DNA from: Chrysomallon squamiferum
Lineage: Eukaryota > Animalia > Mollusca
Direction of reading: 5' to 3'
Assembly (NCBI GenBank): GCA_012295275.1
Contig: CM022678.1
Span: 2,852,001-2,916,000, forward strand
Length of the DNA: 64,000 nt
Shown: piece after piece, positions 45,386 through 62,938 of the stretch
Layout of the letters: the number at the start of each line of letters is the position of its first letter
How positions within the stretch are numbered: the first letter of the stretch is position 1
Translations under genes and position numbers: made by a program
The notes under the pieces: model-generated
The model's input: the letters and a program-made list of their open reading frames with translations, nothing else
The model's database searches: none
Told to the model about the DNA's origin: nothing

Positions 45386-48129
45386 AAAAAATAAAAATAA
45401 AAATAATAATAAAATTTAAAAACTAATAATAATAAAAAAATAAAAATAAAAAAAAAAAATAATAATAAAAAATAAAAAAATAATGAAAAATAATAAAAAT
45501 AATAATAATAATGAAAAATAATAAAGTAAAATAATAATAATTAATATTATAATTATAACAACAACGACAACAACGAGAACAATAATAAATAAAATAAAAT
45601 CTGTTTATGATAAAATGTTCCTTTCTGTTAAACAAAAAAAAAAAAAAAAAAAAAAAAATAAAAATAAAAATAATAATCAGCGAGTTTCCTAACAAAATCT
45701 GTTTGCTCACAACTTGTTAGATCTGTTGATTTAGCCAATATTAAAAAAAAAAAAAAACAACAATTTCTTCTTCGGTTCCTTGTATTAGATTCAACAACAA
45801 GAAAAATAAATAACGTAATTCTTATTTTGAAGTCAATACATTCTCGGCTGTTATACGATGCCTCCGTGCAGATTTTACAAGAAGACAATAATTTATCTTC
45901 ACGATTACGTTCCGTTATAATTGCTTCCATTGTTACACAGTCACATAAACTATAACATTTATCGAATGGTTTGGAAGCTTTTTATCGATTTGTTTGTCCT
46001 GAAATGACACTTCCGTAACGCCACTCGGTGTTTTGGGGTCGCGGAAAAGCAGATTGCATGCGCCATTTTCTCCACGGCACGACGTTGTAAAACGGCGATT
46101 AAGTGTTCCCCGCGTTATTCGGAAATTAGCTTTTCCTGACGTTGTCAGCGTGGCCTAGATCCCGTCAAAGACAGCAAAACGATAAGACGACGACGACGAC
46201 GACAACGACAACGACGATGACAATAAAGAAGTGGACAAGGATGATAATGAACAGAATGATTATAATAACAGTAGCAGTGGCAATGAGGATGATAATAAGA
46301 AAAAGAAAAAGAAAAAAAAAAAAAACATGATGTCAAAGATTATAATAGCAGTAATAGTGTTAACAATAATGTTGATGATGATGATGATGATGATGATGAC
46401 GAAGATAACTCTACAGCTACTATAATTAATTACTGCTATTGCTACTGCAGCTTCTACTACTACTGCTTCTAAGACTGCTGCTACTACTACCATCACTATT
46501 ACTACTACTACAACTACTACTAATAGTATTATCACTATGGTTACTAATACAAAAAATATTATATACTTCAATTACTACTGCTACTACTACTGTTACTATT
46601 GCTACTCTTACAGCTACTACTATTGTTTTTGCTGCTGCTGCTACTGCTATAGCTATTAATAACAACAACAACAACAACTTCCTCCCAAACAACCATTACA
46701 TCGGCCTGACAAGACTGAAGAGGAGGAATGTTTGTTAAATAAGCACAGACCCGAATACAAATACAAACATATATACGTACTGAACATACAATACGTGTGT
46801 ACATATACACACATACGTAAATACACATATATATACAAAGATATACATATATATATATACAGAATACCACACACACATCCACATACACACACACAAACAC
46901 ACATTCAGATACGTAGATAAGTTCATACATATTATATAGGTACATGCATAGCTACATTCTTATATTTATTATATTTACATTCCTACGTACGTACATACAT
47001 ACAAACTGACACACACACACACACAGTATGTCAGTACTGATTTAGGCTGCAGATTGTTTTCTAGACAGAACGAAAGAGATAAGAAAAAAAAGACGATGAA
47101 TGAAACAGAATAAAAGAAAAAGGAAAACAAGAAAGGTTCAATTCACAAAAAAATAAGAGAATTAGTATATATATATATACATACATACACATGCACATAC
47201 ACAAAGGAATATTAAAATATTATTAATTTCAAAGTTTAGATACAGTTACGAAGAAGCATGATTCAACAAAAAAAAAAAACATAAAATAAAACAACAAACA
47301 AAAAAACTGGATTTCAAAAGATTTGAAAACAGAATCGAAAGACACACCGCCCGAGTTTATCATTTTCAAGTTAATTATTTTAATGGCCCAAATTTAAAAA
47401 CTAAAACTATAATAATCTTTGGGTTTTTAATTAACCTAATTATTTTTGTTTCATTTTAATGGTGACGTTACTTTTTAGCTTCATTATTACTTGATTTCGA
47501 AATTGTTCTTTTAAAGCAGTTCAGAAACTTTTTAATTAACGATTTTACATTTCTATGAATACAATTTCTAGAAACGTTACTGTTTGATTTAATATTTCCT
47601 AATTTGTTTAATTATCAATGTTTTCCTATGAAAGAAAATAGCTGTAAGAGTGGAAACAAAAAAAATAGAAATAAAAAATACCATTGAAAAAAAAAAAAAA
47701 AAAAAAATGAAAATAAAATGGTGGACAGAAAAAAAAACAGCTGACGCAGTTAGAAAAAAGAGAGACGAAGAAGAAGAAAGAGATCGCCAATTACTAGGTG
47801 GAGAGTAGAACAAACACAAACAATGGCGTCATTACGTAGTTAACTCACACGATTGTTTGAAACTTAATTCTTCAAAACGTCCGATCATGTCTGATCAAAG
47901 TAAAACAAACGTCGACGTATTTCTCTTAATGAAGGCTCAATGAACTCACTGCACCCATTAACGAAGACACTGCGCTGATATTTTAAATTAACGATGTCAT
48001 TCTTCAATTCACATATACATATATATATACTGATAAATATATATATATATATATATATATAGATGGCGCTGATCGACACACATTCGCTCGCACTCCGCAG
48101 GGGGACCATCAAGACAACCTTATACTATA

Positions 48130-48935
<806 letters not shown>

Positions 48936-48970
48936 CTTTCAGGGTGAAATGAAATTCATTACAAAATAAA

Positions 48971-49011
<41 letters not shown>

Positions 49012-50666
49012 GACTCTTAGTGTTACACCACTATAGTACGATCTCCACCATCACCACCACAACCACAATAACAAGAACAGCACCCACTACTACTACTACT
49101 ACCACCAATACTGCTGCTGCTACTACTAATACTACTAGTAATAATACTAATAAATAAATAAAATAAATTCATACAAAACTAGTTTAAACTATTTCTGAAT
49201 CGGTTTTTTTTTTTTTCTCTACCCGAACCAGAAGTTCATTCGTTTGACGTCAAAGATAACCTTTCGGATGTTGAATAAGAACGAAATCTTTAGACTAATT
49301 ACGCAGCAAGTTAAGAAAGAAAAAAAAAAAAAGGTAAAAAAAAAAAAAAAAAAAAAAGAGAGAGACAACCTTTGTTAATTTATTTCAGTACCAGACCCAG
49401 ACAAGGTGGTCAGAAAGTAATAAAGTCTCAAAAAAAATGAAAGAAACAAAAAGAAAGTTAAAAATGAGGTGAATTGTTGTTTTTGGGGTTTTTGTTTTTT
49501 TTTTTTTTTTTTTATCAGTTCAAATGAGTCGACTTTAGTATCGCCTTTTGTAATGGCAGAAACAAAATAGTTCAGTTCGTTTGACTGTTTTTGGTTTTAG
49601 TTTTGTTTTCATGTATTGTTACTGTTATTATTGTTATTATTATTATTATTGTTATTGTTGTTGTTGTTGTTGTTGTTGTTGTTTTATTATTGTTGTTGTT
49701 TTTATTTATGTGATTGTTGTTGTTGTTGCTGTTATTATTATTATCATTATTATTTTAATTTATTATTATTTTAATTTATTGTCCCTGCTTTTGTTGTTGC
49801 TGCTGCTGCTGCTACTACTACTACCGCAACCATTACTACTACTGTTGTTATTAGTAGGCTTCCCTTTTTTTCTGAAACACTGACTGCTTTTTAAAATAAT
49901 TAACTGTTGTGTTGCAGCATAAAACATTGATTCATTTTTACTTTCGCTCTTTTTTTTATTTTTTTTTAATTTCTTACTAATTCCATCATTCTTTTTTTTT
50001 ACTTCTCTTTCTTTGTTTCCATCATCACTCTCTTTTCTTTCTGTTTTCTCTTTTTCTTTCTCTTTTTTTATTTATTTATTTATTTTATTTTATTTATTTT
50101 TTTTGTTATTATTATTTTATTTTTAAGCTTCTTTATGTGAAATATATTGCTTCTTGGTTTTTCTGTTTCTGTTTTATTTTATTTTATATAATTTTATTTT
50201 ATTATTATTTTATTTTTATTTTTGTTTTTGTTGTTGTTCTATCATGACAGTATATAGAGTATAATAAGTACATGTTAATGTAACAAAAAAATTCAACTAA
50301 ATTAATCTCTTAATCTAGAAATATATACACCGGTGTTCAGATACCATATCCAATATTCCGTTTTAAAATTAAATAACAAGACAAAATATCGACAATTTAC
50401 GAGTTCATCGCGTTGAGCTACATGTCAAATTTCCTGTCATTTTTTTTTTCTTTCTCCGTAGATTTATTTAACAACAAAAAATAAATATTGCGTCTTTAAA
50501 ATTTAAAGTTAAAATATCATTAAAAATGTATTTGCTTCTGAAATAACTGGCTACATAGTTTTAGATATACACACAATGAAATATGAATACAATAACTCAT
50601 ACATATGTTATTATTTTCATTGTCATCATCATTATTTTCATTTTCATTATTATTATTATTATTATT

Positions 50667-50722
<56 letters not shown>

Positions 50723-50959
50723 TATTATGATTATTATTATTATTATTATTATCATCATTATCATTATTATAATAACTTGTCACATAATGTTTTCTCACGT
50801 AATGTTCTATAAATATGCAACTAATCAAAACTTGTTAATGCAGACCATAAATATTTAATTGCTGTGAACTTACTAATACTGTGATTCAGGTGAACTTATT
50901 AATTTAGTAACTTGTATCAAATGATTAATTCTGTAATTCGTGTGACTTATTAGTTTTTA

Positions 50960-51425
50960 AACTCATATGAACTATTAATTTTTTATCTCAAACGAACGTA
51001 TTCATCTTTAAACTCATTTGAACATATTAGTTTTAAAACTCAAATGAACGTATCATTTTTTTTAAACTCATATGAACGTATTAATTGTTTAACTCATATG
51101 AACGTATTAATTGTTTAACTCATATGAACGTATTCATTGTTTAACTCATATGAACGTATTCATTTTTAAACTCATATGAACGTATTCATTTTTAAACTCA
51201 TATGAACGTATTAAATTTTTGACTCATGTGAACGTATTCATTTTTAAACTCATATGAACGTATTCATTTTTAAACTCATATGAACGTATTCATTTTTAAA
51301 CTCATATGAACGTATTCATTTTTAAACTCATGTGAACGTATTAAATTTTTGACTCATATGAACGTATTCATTTTTAAACTCATATGAACGTATTAAATTT
51401 TTGACTCATGTGAACGTAGTAATTT
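50960..51425 (+). repeat. 26-27 bp minisatellite, about 17 copies
   Basis: unit ctcatatgaacgtattcatttttaaa, head-to-tail with no unique spacers. Confidence 0.93.
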
Positions 51426-52847
51426 TGTAATTGACAGTCATTTATAAAAAGTTACAATTCATTCATTCTAAGACAAAAACCTGATGTTTCTATTAAAGAA
51501 TTCTCAGAGATCGGGTTTTCTCTTTGTTTATTATTTCTTTCTTTAAGTTCTTCCTTCTTTCTTTTCTTTCTTTTTTTAAATTCTTTTTCTTTCTATCTTT
51601 CTCTCATCATTTCTCCTTTATTAAGGTTTTCATCTTTTTACTTTCTTTTCTTTCTTTTTTTTAACTTCTTTTTCTTTCCGACTTTCTCTCATCATTTCTC
51701 TTTTACCAATCGATTTTTTCTTCTTTTTTTTTCTTTCTTTTTACTTTCTTACATTCTTTGTCTCAATCTTATTCTTTTTTTCTTTAAAATTTCCAGACAT
51801 ATTCTTTTTTTTTTTTTTTTTATTTTTTTTGTTTCTTTATCTCAGTCTCATTTTTAAGTTTTCTTGATTTTATTTTAATTTCGCCCATGTATCCTGGAGT
51901 TGTGTCTTTGAAAGTTTTCTTACCACGAACATAATAAAAGAAAACACAAAATAACTTAGATTAACCAATTATTTTTATCAACTTTGGAACTTTTTTTTCT
52001 TCACTATCTCTCTCTCTCATCCCTTTGGCTATGTTTTAAAATTAAGGCCGCAGGAAATATTTTTTTTATATAAAATTAATTACATTTGTTTATAACTTCC
52101 ATTTTTGTCTTAATTAAAATCTGTCTGTCTGTTTGTCTGTCTACCTTTTTCTCTTTCCCTTTGTTTGACACAGTATCTATCTGACCTTCCATCCATCCAT
52201 TCATCTGTCTGTCCTTTTATTTCTCTACATGTCTTTATGTCTATCTCTCTGTTTTTACCTCTGTATGTCTGTCAATCGGTCTGTATTTACGTATGTATGT
52301 ATGTATGTATGTATGTATGGACTTTTGTACGTTAATCTCATACAAAAAAAAAAGCCCTTCTGGTTCGTAAGAAATCACATCAACACTCCCCACAAGCTAA
52401 TAATTAAAAACACCAGAAGACACGATTACTTCATCTTTGTTTCGTAATCAGATCTCAGCAAACGATGTATAATTCATGACAACAGTTTCAAGGTTATGGA
52501 TGCACTCAACATTCTGCAAACTTTTTGTTTCAAATCTTAATGAAAATTATATTCAACTGGTATTTTTTTTTAACTTTTAAATATTTTTTAAAGTTTATTT
52601 AAATGAAGTCATTTCTTTTGGCTTATGCAACCAGTTAGATGATATTAAGAATGGTGACATATTATTAAAAGAAAGGTGTTATTTTGAAAATGAACTCACA
52701 ATGTTAAAAACGATATTTATGTGTAAAGTACAGGTTGATGTATTTTCCTCCATAATTTACTGAGCACCATGTTGAACTTTGTTTCTTCCTCTTCTTCTCT
52801 ATCTTCGTCTTTTTCTTCTTTATTTATTTATTTATTTATTTATTTAT

Positions 52848-52926
<79 letters not shown>

Positions 52927-52944
52927 TTTATTTTTATGATTTTA

Positions 52945-52977
<33 letters not shown>

Positions 52978-53014
52978 TTTTTGCAACCACTACCTGTATT
53001 TTGTGATATCCGGA

Positions 53015-53057
<43 letters not shown>

Positions 53058-53288
53058 AACAAAGAATAAAAACAAATTTAAATAAAGGTTAGGGGAAAAA
53101 AAAAAAACCTCGTTAAGACATCTTGAAACAATGAATAAACGAGGACATTTCTACCATCAGACCAAATACAGTTATATGATTCAAGGAAGATCCGCCAATT
53201 AACGGTTTCTCCGATTTTTACCGGAATCCAATTACTTCCAGCCGACATTTCGTCCACCCTGCGACACTGTCCGCCTCGTTCTGGCTGG

Positions 53289-53332
53289 TGACGTCATAGA
53301 AAGACGTGGAATCCATGGAAACAGTGACGTCT
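53289..53332. promoter_or_regulatory. CRE + CCATGGAAAC + CRE-like site upstream of ELH-like gene 2
   Basis: TGACGTCA 53289-53296, CCATGGAAAC 53313-53322, then TGACGTCT. Confidence 0.4.
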
Positions 53333-54929
53333 CGCTGATTCGATGCTCGTAGCATCAAAAACCTCGTTCAAACCTTGCTAAAATATTTACGACTCTTGTT
53401 TTCGTTTGGAGTTTTAAGAAGCTGAATACAAAGAAAACGTGATTAAAAATAATCGTTAAGAAAAAATATGTAGATGGAATAAAAAAAAAATAATAAAAAA
53501 ATATATTTAAAATTTAAAATATTAAAATTAAAAAAAAAAAATTACAGAAAAAAAAAAATAAAAAAAATAAAATAAAATAAATAATAAAATAAACAAACAA
53601 AATAAAGAAAATGCAAGAAAAAATAAATAAAACAAACGAAATAAATAAATATACAGCAAAATAAATGAAATAAAATACAGTAAAATAAATGAAATAAAAT
53701 GGAATCAATAAAATAATTAAAAAATATATATATATATAATATATATATTTATTTAAATCTTTATCTATGTACAATATATTTAAAATAAAAGTCCATCCCC
53801 CCCATCACCCCAGCCTCACCCCAGCCTGTCACCCTCCCCTCACCGTAAAGAATCTTCGACTTTTGAAAAGCCGTACCTTACAGGCAGGTGAAAAACGAGT
53901 TACAAAAGAAACCCTAACATTGCGTAAATACCGTCATCTACGTCTGGGAGCTACGTTAAACAGTCTCGTTTTGTGTTCGGATGGCCCGTCTTAATATGTC
54001 ATGTTTGCACTAGGACCGCAAGGGGAAGCGGAGTCATACGGCTTCTCACGAACGCCTTCCAGCTTTTATTATTCGCAGGGGAGAGAACCAAAGCCTTCGG
54101 GCGTCATCGTCAACTGACGGAGGATCTGGGCGAAGACTGTCGATAACTGTCGATGTCTTTGTGGATGTTTCTTTTTAGTCGAATAAGCCAATCGTTTTTG
54201 CGCTGATATGGCAGCTGAGAAGACCGCCAGCCGAGACCGGCCAATCGTGGTTGCGTTCGCGTGACAGAGTGGAAGTAATTCTTGTTTCTTCCAGCGACCT
54301 GTTCCAAGGAAATCGTCTTTATTGGAGGGTAATGTATTTCCGTTTTGATTTTGATTTCGCTTACCGAGTTCACTTTAGAAAATTTTCCTGCTTCTTCTTT
54401 CTTTTTTCTTTTTTTTTTTCTTCTTTTTTCTTTTTTTCTTCTTCTTTTTTTTTTTCTCCTCTGTGACAAATTTTGTTTTCACTTTTTTTAGAATTTAAAT
54501 TATATTTATATATATATATATATTTTATTTCAGTAAAACAAACAAATAAGAATAATAACAAATAAATAAATAAATAAAATTACTACCGATATACTACTAC
54601 TGCTACTACTACTACTACTACTACTGCTGCTGCTGCTACTACTACTACTACTACCAGTAATAATAATAATTATATTAATAATATTATTAATAATTATTAT
54701 ATTTAGTATTTAATATTTTAGCATTAGTTTATTTTACAATGGAATCATCGTCTTTATATATTTGATGTAGTGAAAAAGTATAAATGGAAACAAATTTTAC
54801 ACTTTCATTACTCATTCATTCATTCATCCATCCATCCATCCATCCATCCATCCATTTATTTATTTATTTATTTATTACCTTTTCTCTTCCACCTCTTGCC
54901 AGGATTAGAATGTTTTTATCAAAAATAAC

Positions 54930-54980
<51 letters not shown>

Positions 54981-56531
54981 TACTATTAGTATTATTATTT
55001 TTATTTCATTAGATCTATAAAATTTTCTACAGTTTCATACTGGCTACCATTTTGGTACAAAACACCAATAACAAGTATTTCATTTCTTCTTCTTTCTTTC
55101 CTTAGGATGTACTTTCATTTAATTCTTTTTTTTCCTCTTTTTTTTTCACCAACTACATAATTAGTTCATTCCATCTTAATTTATTTATTCGTTCATTAAG
55201 ATCTTTCGTTCGTTCATTCGTTATGTTAATTCCTTTATTCATTCATTCTGTCTTTCCTTTATTCATCCAATAACATCCGTTCTTAAGTTAGTAGTTTTAT
55301 TTGTGATTAAAAATTTACGCTGTTTTATCGATTTATAAATTTTAATTTGCTTCTCAGTATTCCGGTTTTTAAAATACACCGCTCAGGTTCGTAAACTAAT
55401 ATACTGTTAAAAGTTTCCTGTTAAATATTTAATTTCCTCCCTGGAAGATGTAGTGTAAAATATACTATCATCATCGTCGTCGTTGTCACAATCATCATCA
55501 TCATCATCATCATTATTATTATTATTATTATTTATTATTATTATTATTATTATATTTCTCTTAATACTGAAAGAGTTTAGTTCAGAAATATTTCAAAATA
55601 ATAAAATAACAACTTAGAAAAAAAAAAAAAAAAAAAATAATAATAATAAAAAATAATAATAATAATAATAATAATAAAAATAATAATAATAAATTAATAA
55701 ATTATAAAAAACAAGAACAAAAAAAAAAAAAAAAAAAACAATTGTTGTACCTATACTTCCTCTTCACTGAAATGAGTTAAATATTCGCAATGTACTGAAA
55801 ATATTACCTCTTTCAATTTCTTACTAATTCAGAACATTGTACCTAATTTGTAACGTACTTACAGAATCTTTTCTACAAAGGTACTTTTTTTTTTTTTTTG
55901 TAACGCTTTTAGAACGTTATCCTATAAATAGTTATCAAAAGTAACGTAATTTAAAACGATAAAAGTTTCTTATTTGTGACGTTTTCAGGACGTTATCTTC
56001 TAAACAGTCATTTTTCAGAAACGTAATTCAAACTACAAACGTTACCTATTTGTGTTACTTATTTGAAACTACTTCTGTATTTTATCCTTTTAATGGTTAA
56101 TTAATAGAAATGTAATTGAAAGTCAATATTCTATTTGTAACATATATTAAATGGAGACTTTTTAAAATCTGTAACATACATTAAACGTTAATTTTACATT
56201 TGTAACGTACGTTAAATGTTAATTTTACATTTGTAACGTTCATTAGATGTTAATTTTTATTTTTAAATATAAATATTTTTTTTATTTGTAACGTATATTA
56301 AACGTCAGATTTCTATTAAAGAACGATACATTTTATGAGGCAACAGTTTTTTTTCCAAAGCGTTCGTATTTGTAATAATTCATTCGCTAAAAGCATATCT
56401 GAATTTTTAGATACACAACAGCAGCAACAACAACAATAATAAGAGCAATAACAATAAAAATGACAATAATAATATTAACCACAACAATAAAAATAATAAT
56501 AACAATAATAGTAATAATGATGATGATGATG

Positions 56532-56582
<51 letters not shown>

Positions 56583-56674
56583 TCTTAGAGTATTTTAATC
56601 CCGTTGATGTAACGACAACAACAAGAGCAACAACAACAACAACAACAACAAACAATAATAGCAGTAGCAATAAC

Positions 56675-56723
<49 letters not shown>

Positions 56724-57229
56724 TCTGAGAGTATTTTTATCCTGTTGATGTAACGACTACAACAAATTAGTCGCAACAACAACAACAACAAACAATGTTT
56801 AATATGAAAATAAATAGTCGTTGATTAATTGTAAATAATTTCTTGTAATCTATCTTCTATTAAAGCCGAATGGCGTAATTTAATTAGTCGTGATCGTTGC
56901 TTTTGTCGTTATTGTTGTTGTTGTTATGAAAAATAAATAATCGTTGATTAATTGTAACGATAATTTGACTGATAATCTACTTCTATTAAACCACATACCC
57001 ACCCATACACACATACACCCAGATACACACATACATATATACACATACATACACATACATACACGTAAGTATACATGCTTTATCATGAAATCTAAAAACC
57101 GAAAAACTGCAAAAAAAACTGAAAACATTTTGTGGACTGTGGAGCGGGTTATAACGGGGTGGGGGGTCGTTTGGTGCGCAAAAACAGCTGATCTCACTAA
57201 ACCGACTCACGCAGGCAGAGTGCTTCCCC

Positions 57230-57380
57230 TTCCTGGTCCCCCAACGTCAGACCTTTGTCAGCAACGTGATGACGACGTTGATGACGTTGATGGACCCAGT
57301 TCAACTGCAGCTACATATTTAGCAAAGTCTGAACGGCTCTAGGCATATAAATAAACTATAATACCATTTGTAGTCTTTGA
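57230..57380 (+). promoter_or_regulatory. Possible core promoter of ELH-like gene 2
   Basis: GC-richer patch with TGACG half-sites, then TATAAATA at 57346-57353; downstream donor not securely identified. Confidence 0.25.
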
Positions 57381-57842
57381 TTATGCGATTCTCTACAGAA
57401 ATATTATGCAATATATATATATAAATATATAAATATCTAAATACACATACATACATATATATATATATATAAATATACCTGTACTTAATAATTTATGGAT
57501 TGTGCGTCATTGTTTAAAATTATCCCACTGTAGGTATTTAGTTATTTGTGATCTTAATTAGCTCACTGTTTCATTTACCAGTACATCACTCTATAAATAA
57601 ACTGTAATAATATTTGCAATGTTTAATTTTCCCCGCTGACTGAAATTACGTTTACACGTGTTTTTGCTGCACGTAGCAGGATGTCTGTTTTCGTGTCTAG
57701 TTTACAATGTGAGACATCTGCCTTTTGTTTTAAAATACGAAAAAATACGAAATTCAAGAAAACAACTGTACCCAAAGGTTCCGAATAAAGAATTGTGTAC
57801 CTGTATAACATACATACATACATACTTACACATACCTACATG

Positions 57843-57903
<61 letters not shown>

Positions 57904-60119
57904 GTACACACATACAGATATGCCCATATATGCGACTATATTTGTCTTTATTAATATTATAATAATTATAAAGGTAGATGGTGCTTTTACTGTTGTTGTT
58001 GTTGTTGTTATTATTATTATTATTATTATTAATATCGTTGTCATCATCATCATTGTCGTCTTTGTTTATTCTCTTTTATGTACTGATGAATAGGAACTAA
58101 TACGATACACACTCAGTAAACAAACAGGTTTACATGGAAGAGCCAAGATTCATTCTTAAAACAAGAGACGCAAATTATCGTGGCGTTGATGCTGTTTGTT
58201 GGCGTTGTTGATGCTGTTGACGTTGTTGGCGTAATTAAGGCTTTAACGAAAACACTGTTCGTGAAGCAAGATTACTGATGTAACCCATTTCCTTCCGCGT
58301 TCATTTTGTGAATAGTACTCAGTATTCATACGCGAGCGAACAGGTTTGATGGAGTCAAAAATATTTAAGGTGAATTATATTACTAATTAATTTTAAGATA
58401 AGAGAGAAAACAAGGTCAATAAATATTTAAATTTTTTTGGTTAAAACAAGTATCAAATTTTATTTCGTCTGTTTGTCTGTTTTATATCACTGAGTTTGCC
58501 TGAGAATTAGATGACGTATTTGAGTTGTTCTGACGGAATCATTCCAAAACCACTAAAAACAAATAATTCATTGTCTGTTTGCAGCGAAGATAGAAATTTT
58601 GAAACTTGTAATTAACACCCACCCACCCACCCACCCACCCACACACTCCCAGAAACACACACACACACATACACACCTACAAACACCCCCTCCCCCCCAC
58701 ACACACACATTCACAAAAATATTTAATAAATATCAATAGGCATTTAAAAACAACAAATAATGTTTCGAAGCTTAATTAAAATGTTCTAGTTTGTTTCTTC
58801 TATTCCATTCTTGTATTTCTCGTTTTTCTTTCCCACTTTCGTTTTGTTGTGTTTTGTGTTTTTTTTTTTGTTTTTTGTTTTCTTTTATTTCTTTGGTTAA
58901 TTCTTTAAACAGATCAGGCTTTTCGAGTTTTAAAATTGTTAGCAGAAATGTTAATTTTTTTCATTCTTACTGATTTTTGTTTCTGTTACGTTTAATTTAG
59001 AAGTGGTAAAAGCAGCAGCAAAAAGTGATAGAATAACAACAACAGTAAAAATAGTTTTAACAGTAGCTGCTGCAGTAGTAGTAGTAGTAGTAACAAAAAC
59101 GATAGTAGCAGTATTAGTAGTAGAAGAGGGAGTAGTAGTAGTGGTAGCAGCAGTAGTAGCAGTTTTAGTCGTGGTGGTTGTAGAAAAGCAGTAACTACAG
59201 TAACTACTAACAGTAAATTGTATTTGTGGCAGCATAATCATTTATAATAATAATGTAGTAGTAGTAGCAGCAATACTGATATTAATAGTAGTTGTAGTAA
59301 TAGTAGAAATAGTAGTAGTTCGAGCAGTAGTAGTAATATTATAGTATTAGTTGTTGCGTAGTTACAGTAGAATTGTAGTGTAGTATGTTTGTAGTAATTG
59401 TAGTAGTAGTAGTACTAGAAGCAGTAGTAGTGATATTAATAAGTAATAGTAGGTGTAGCAATTATATATAGCAGTTGTAGTCATAGTAATATCAAATAAT
59501 TGTTCAGTGACCAACAATACCCACAACAACAAACAGCACGCAGAATAACCAACAACATCACCACCAACAACAACAATCAACAACATCAATAACAACAGCA
59601 ACAAAAAAAGTCACCAACATCAACATCAACAACAACCGACAACAACCAACACCAAAACACTTCAACAACAACAATAACCCAAAACATCCACTACAACAAA
59701 CAACAATCAACAACATCGATAAAAACAACAGTCAGTAACATCAACAACGGCAAAAATAAAACAGTTGCCATAACTAGTTCAATATTTCGCTTCGTTATTA
59801 AATGCTACTTTTCATTGTTCCGTAATTGTTTCAAAACGACGTATTGTAAAGAAGAGGTGAAAGAAAAGATTTCGTGTCTCGCTGTGTTCGTCTATTATTT
59901 ATTGAAATCTTCACACGAGCTGACCTCGCACACTTTCCTCTAAACTCTTAATTAAATCTGTATTTTAACATCGCACTATCTTCTCACCAAACCGACAACG
60001 GCGTGACCGGGTCTTTGACTTATTCAACGAGCCACAATGAAACAGCAAAAAAACAACAACAACAAAACACACAAAACAAACCCAACGACAACATTTTAGG
60101 CTATGAATTAAATTACCGA

Positions 60120-60734
<615 letters not shown>

Positions 60735-61229
60735 ACTTAGAGTTCCTTATTTTTAATTATTAAAGAAAGCAATTAAGACTGAGGAAAAATCGGATTTTGT
60801 ATTCCAAAAATTGTTTTAAGAAACAACGAGAGAGAGAGAGAGAGCGAAAAAAAGAGAGAGAAAAAGTCAAAAAAAGAGTTAAATAAAATTTACTGAAATT
60901 TCAGTTTTGTCGTTCGTTTAAGAAATAAAAAAAAATTAAAAAAAAGAACAAACAAAAACACAGTCAACGGAAAATTGTTAATGAAATCACGCAAGAAAAC
61001 GATCGAAGAACGAGAAACAAAAAAACATAAAAAGTTAAAAAAAAAAACATTAAAAAATGCAATCTTATTTGTTCTCAGCGGGTGATGGTGACAAGGTGAC
61101 TAGTTCTGCAGCGGAGCAATCTGTGTTTACTCATGCGAGGAAAACGACAAAACTGTTTCATTACTTGAGTAATGCCATGTCGCTTTTTTTCACGACCACG
61201 TCGCTTCATGTAACATCAAACACGTTGAT

Positions 61230-61361
61230 TACTACCAGTACTACAACAACAACAACTACCACCGCTGCTACTACTACTGCTGCTACTACTACTGCTACTA
61301 CTGCCACTACTACTTCTACTACTACCCCAACAACAACACCAATTACTACTGCTACTACTAC

Positions 61362-61395
<34 letters not shown>

Positions 61396-61745
61396 GTTAC
61401 TACTATTACTACTATTATTGTTATCATTACTAATTTTGTTATTATTATTACTACTACTAATTCTACTATTGTTATTATTACTAATACCATTATTATCACT
61501 ATTACTACCACTCTTATTATTACTGCTACCACTATTACTATTACTATTTTTTTTTATTAGTACTGTTAATTCTACTACTATTATTATTACTAATGTTATT
61601 ATTATTACTATTATTATTATTACTACTACCATTACTACTAGTGTTATCATCATTACTACTACTATTGCTGCTCCTTTGTTATTTTTGTTATTATTATTGC
61701 TATTATTACTACTACTACTTCTATTATACTACTTCTACTATTACC
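61230..61745. repeat. (ACT)/(ATT)n degenerate trinucleotide tract
   Basis: direct reading. Confidence 0.88.
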
Positions 61746-62239
61746 ACTCAATAAAATCTAATAAAACAGGAACCATGGCAACCATTTTTTTTTGTTTTAT
61801 TAAAGTAGATCTAAATCATGAAAACTTTCATCACATAAATCAGATTAGAAAATGTATCCCATAATTCCACAGCAAAATTACTTCCGGGCCGGAAATTGTC
61901 TCGTGTTCTTTTAGGCACCCAAGAGACAAACGTGGCATCGAACCCCAAGTTACAACGTCCCAAGAGCAATTTGACCCGGGCGATTTAGTCCTTGTACATG
62001 CTGAGGTTATCTTCCCCTTAATCTGTTTGCTTGTTTAATAGCCTGACCCTTAATTAATTTACACTGATGTGAGACGGGCTGAGGTTGTGCACGCATTCAC
62101 TGGACCATTCTAGTCTCGTTTTTACAGCAAACAGTGTAACTCGAAATTTTAAAGAAACATAAGTATTATGCTAAATCATTATTTTCATTTCTCTGAAAAA
62201 ATTAAATTTATATGCACATATATGTTTTCATTCTCCTTT

Positions 62240-62886
<647 letters not shown>

Positions 62887-62938
62887 TATTTCTTCGTTAT
62901 TTGATTTGTTCTCTGTTTTGATTTCTTTCAGCTCGGAG

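Noticed and set aside
50960-51425. CRISPR-like appearance of the palindromic 26-bp repeat (also the 53-bp repeat at 15971-16710)
   Set aside because: Head-to-tail units with no unique spacers, no cas genes, eukaryotic context.
56520-56995. Short local duplications (e.g. gagtattttaatcccgttgatgtaacgac twice)
   Set aside because: Microsatellite-flanked slippage duplications with no sign of function.
61875-61990. Possible tRNA or SINE on the minus strand (GGTTCGATGCC B-box-like)
   Set aside because: No cloverleaf or A box could be built; at most a degraded fragment.
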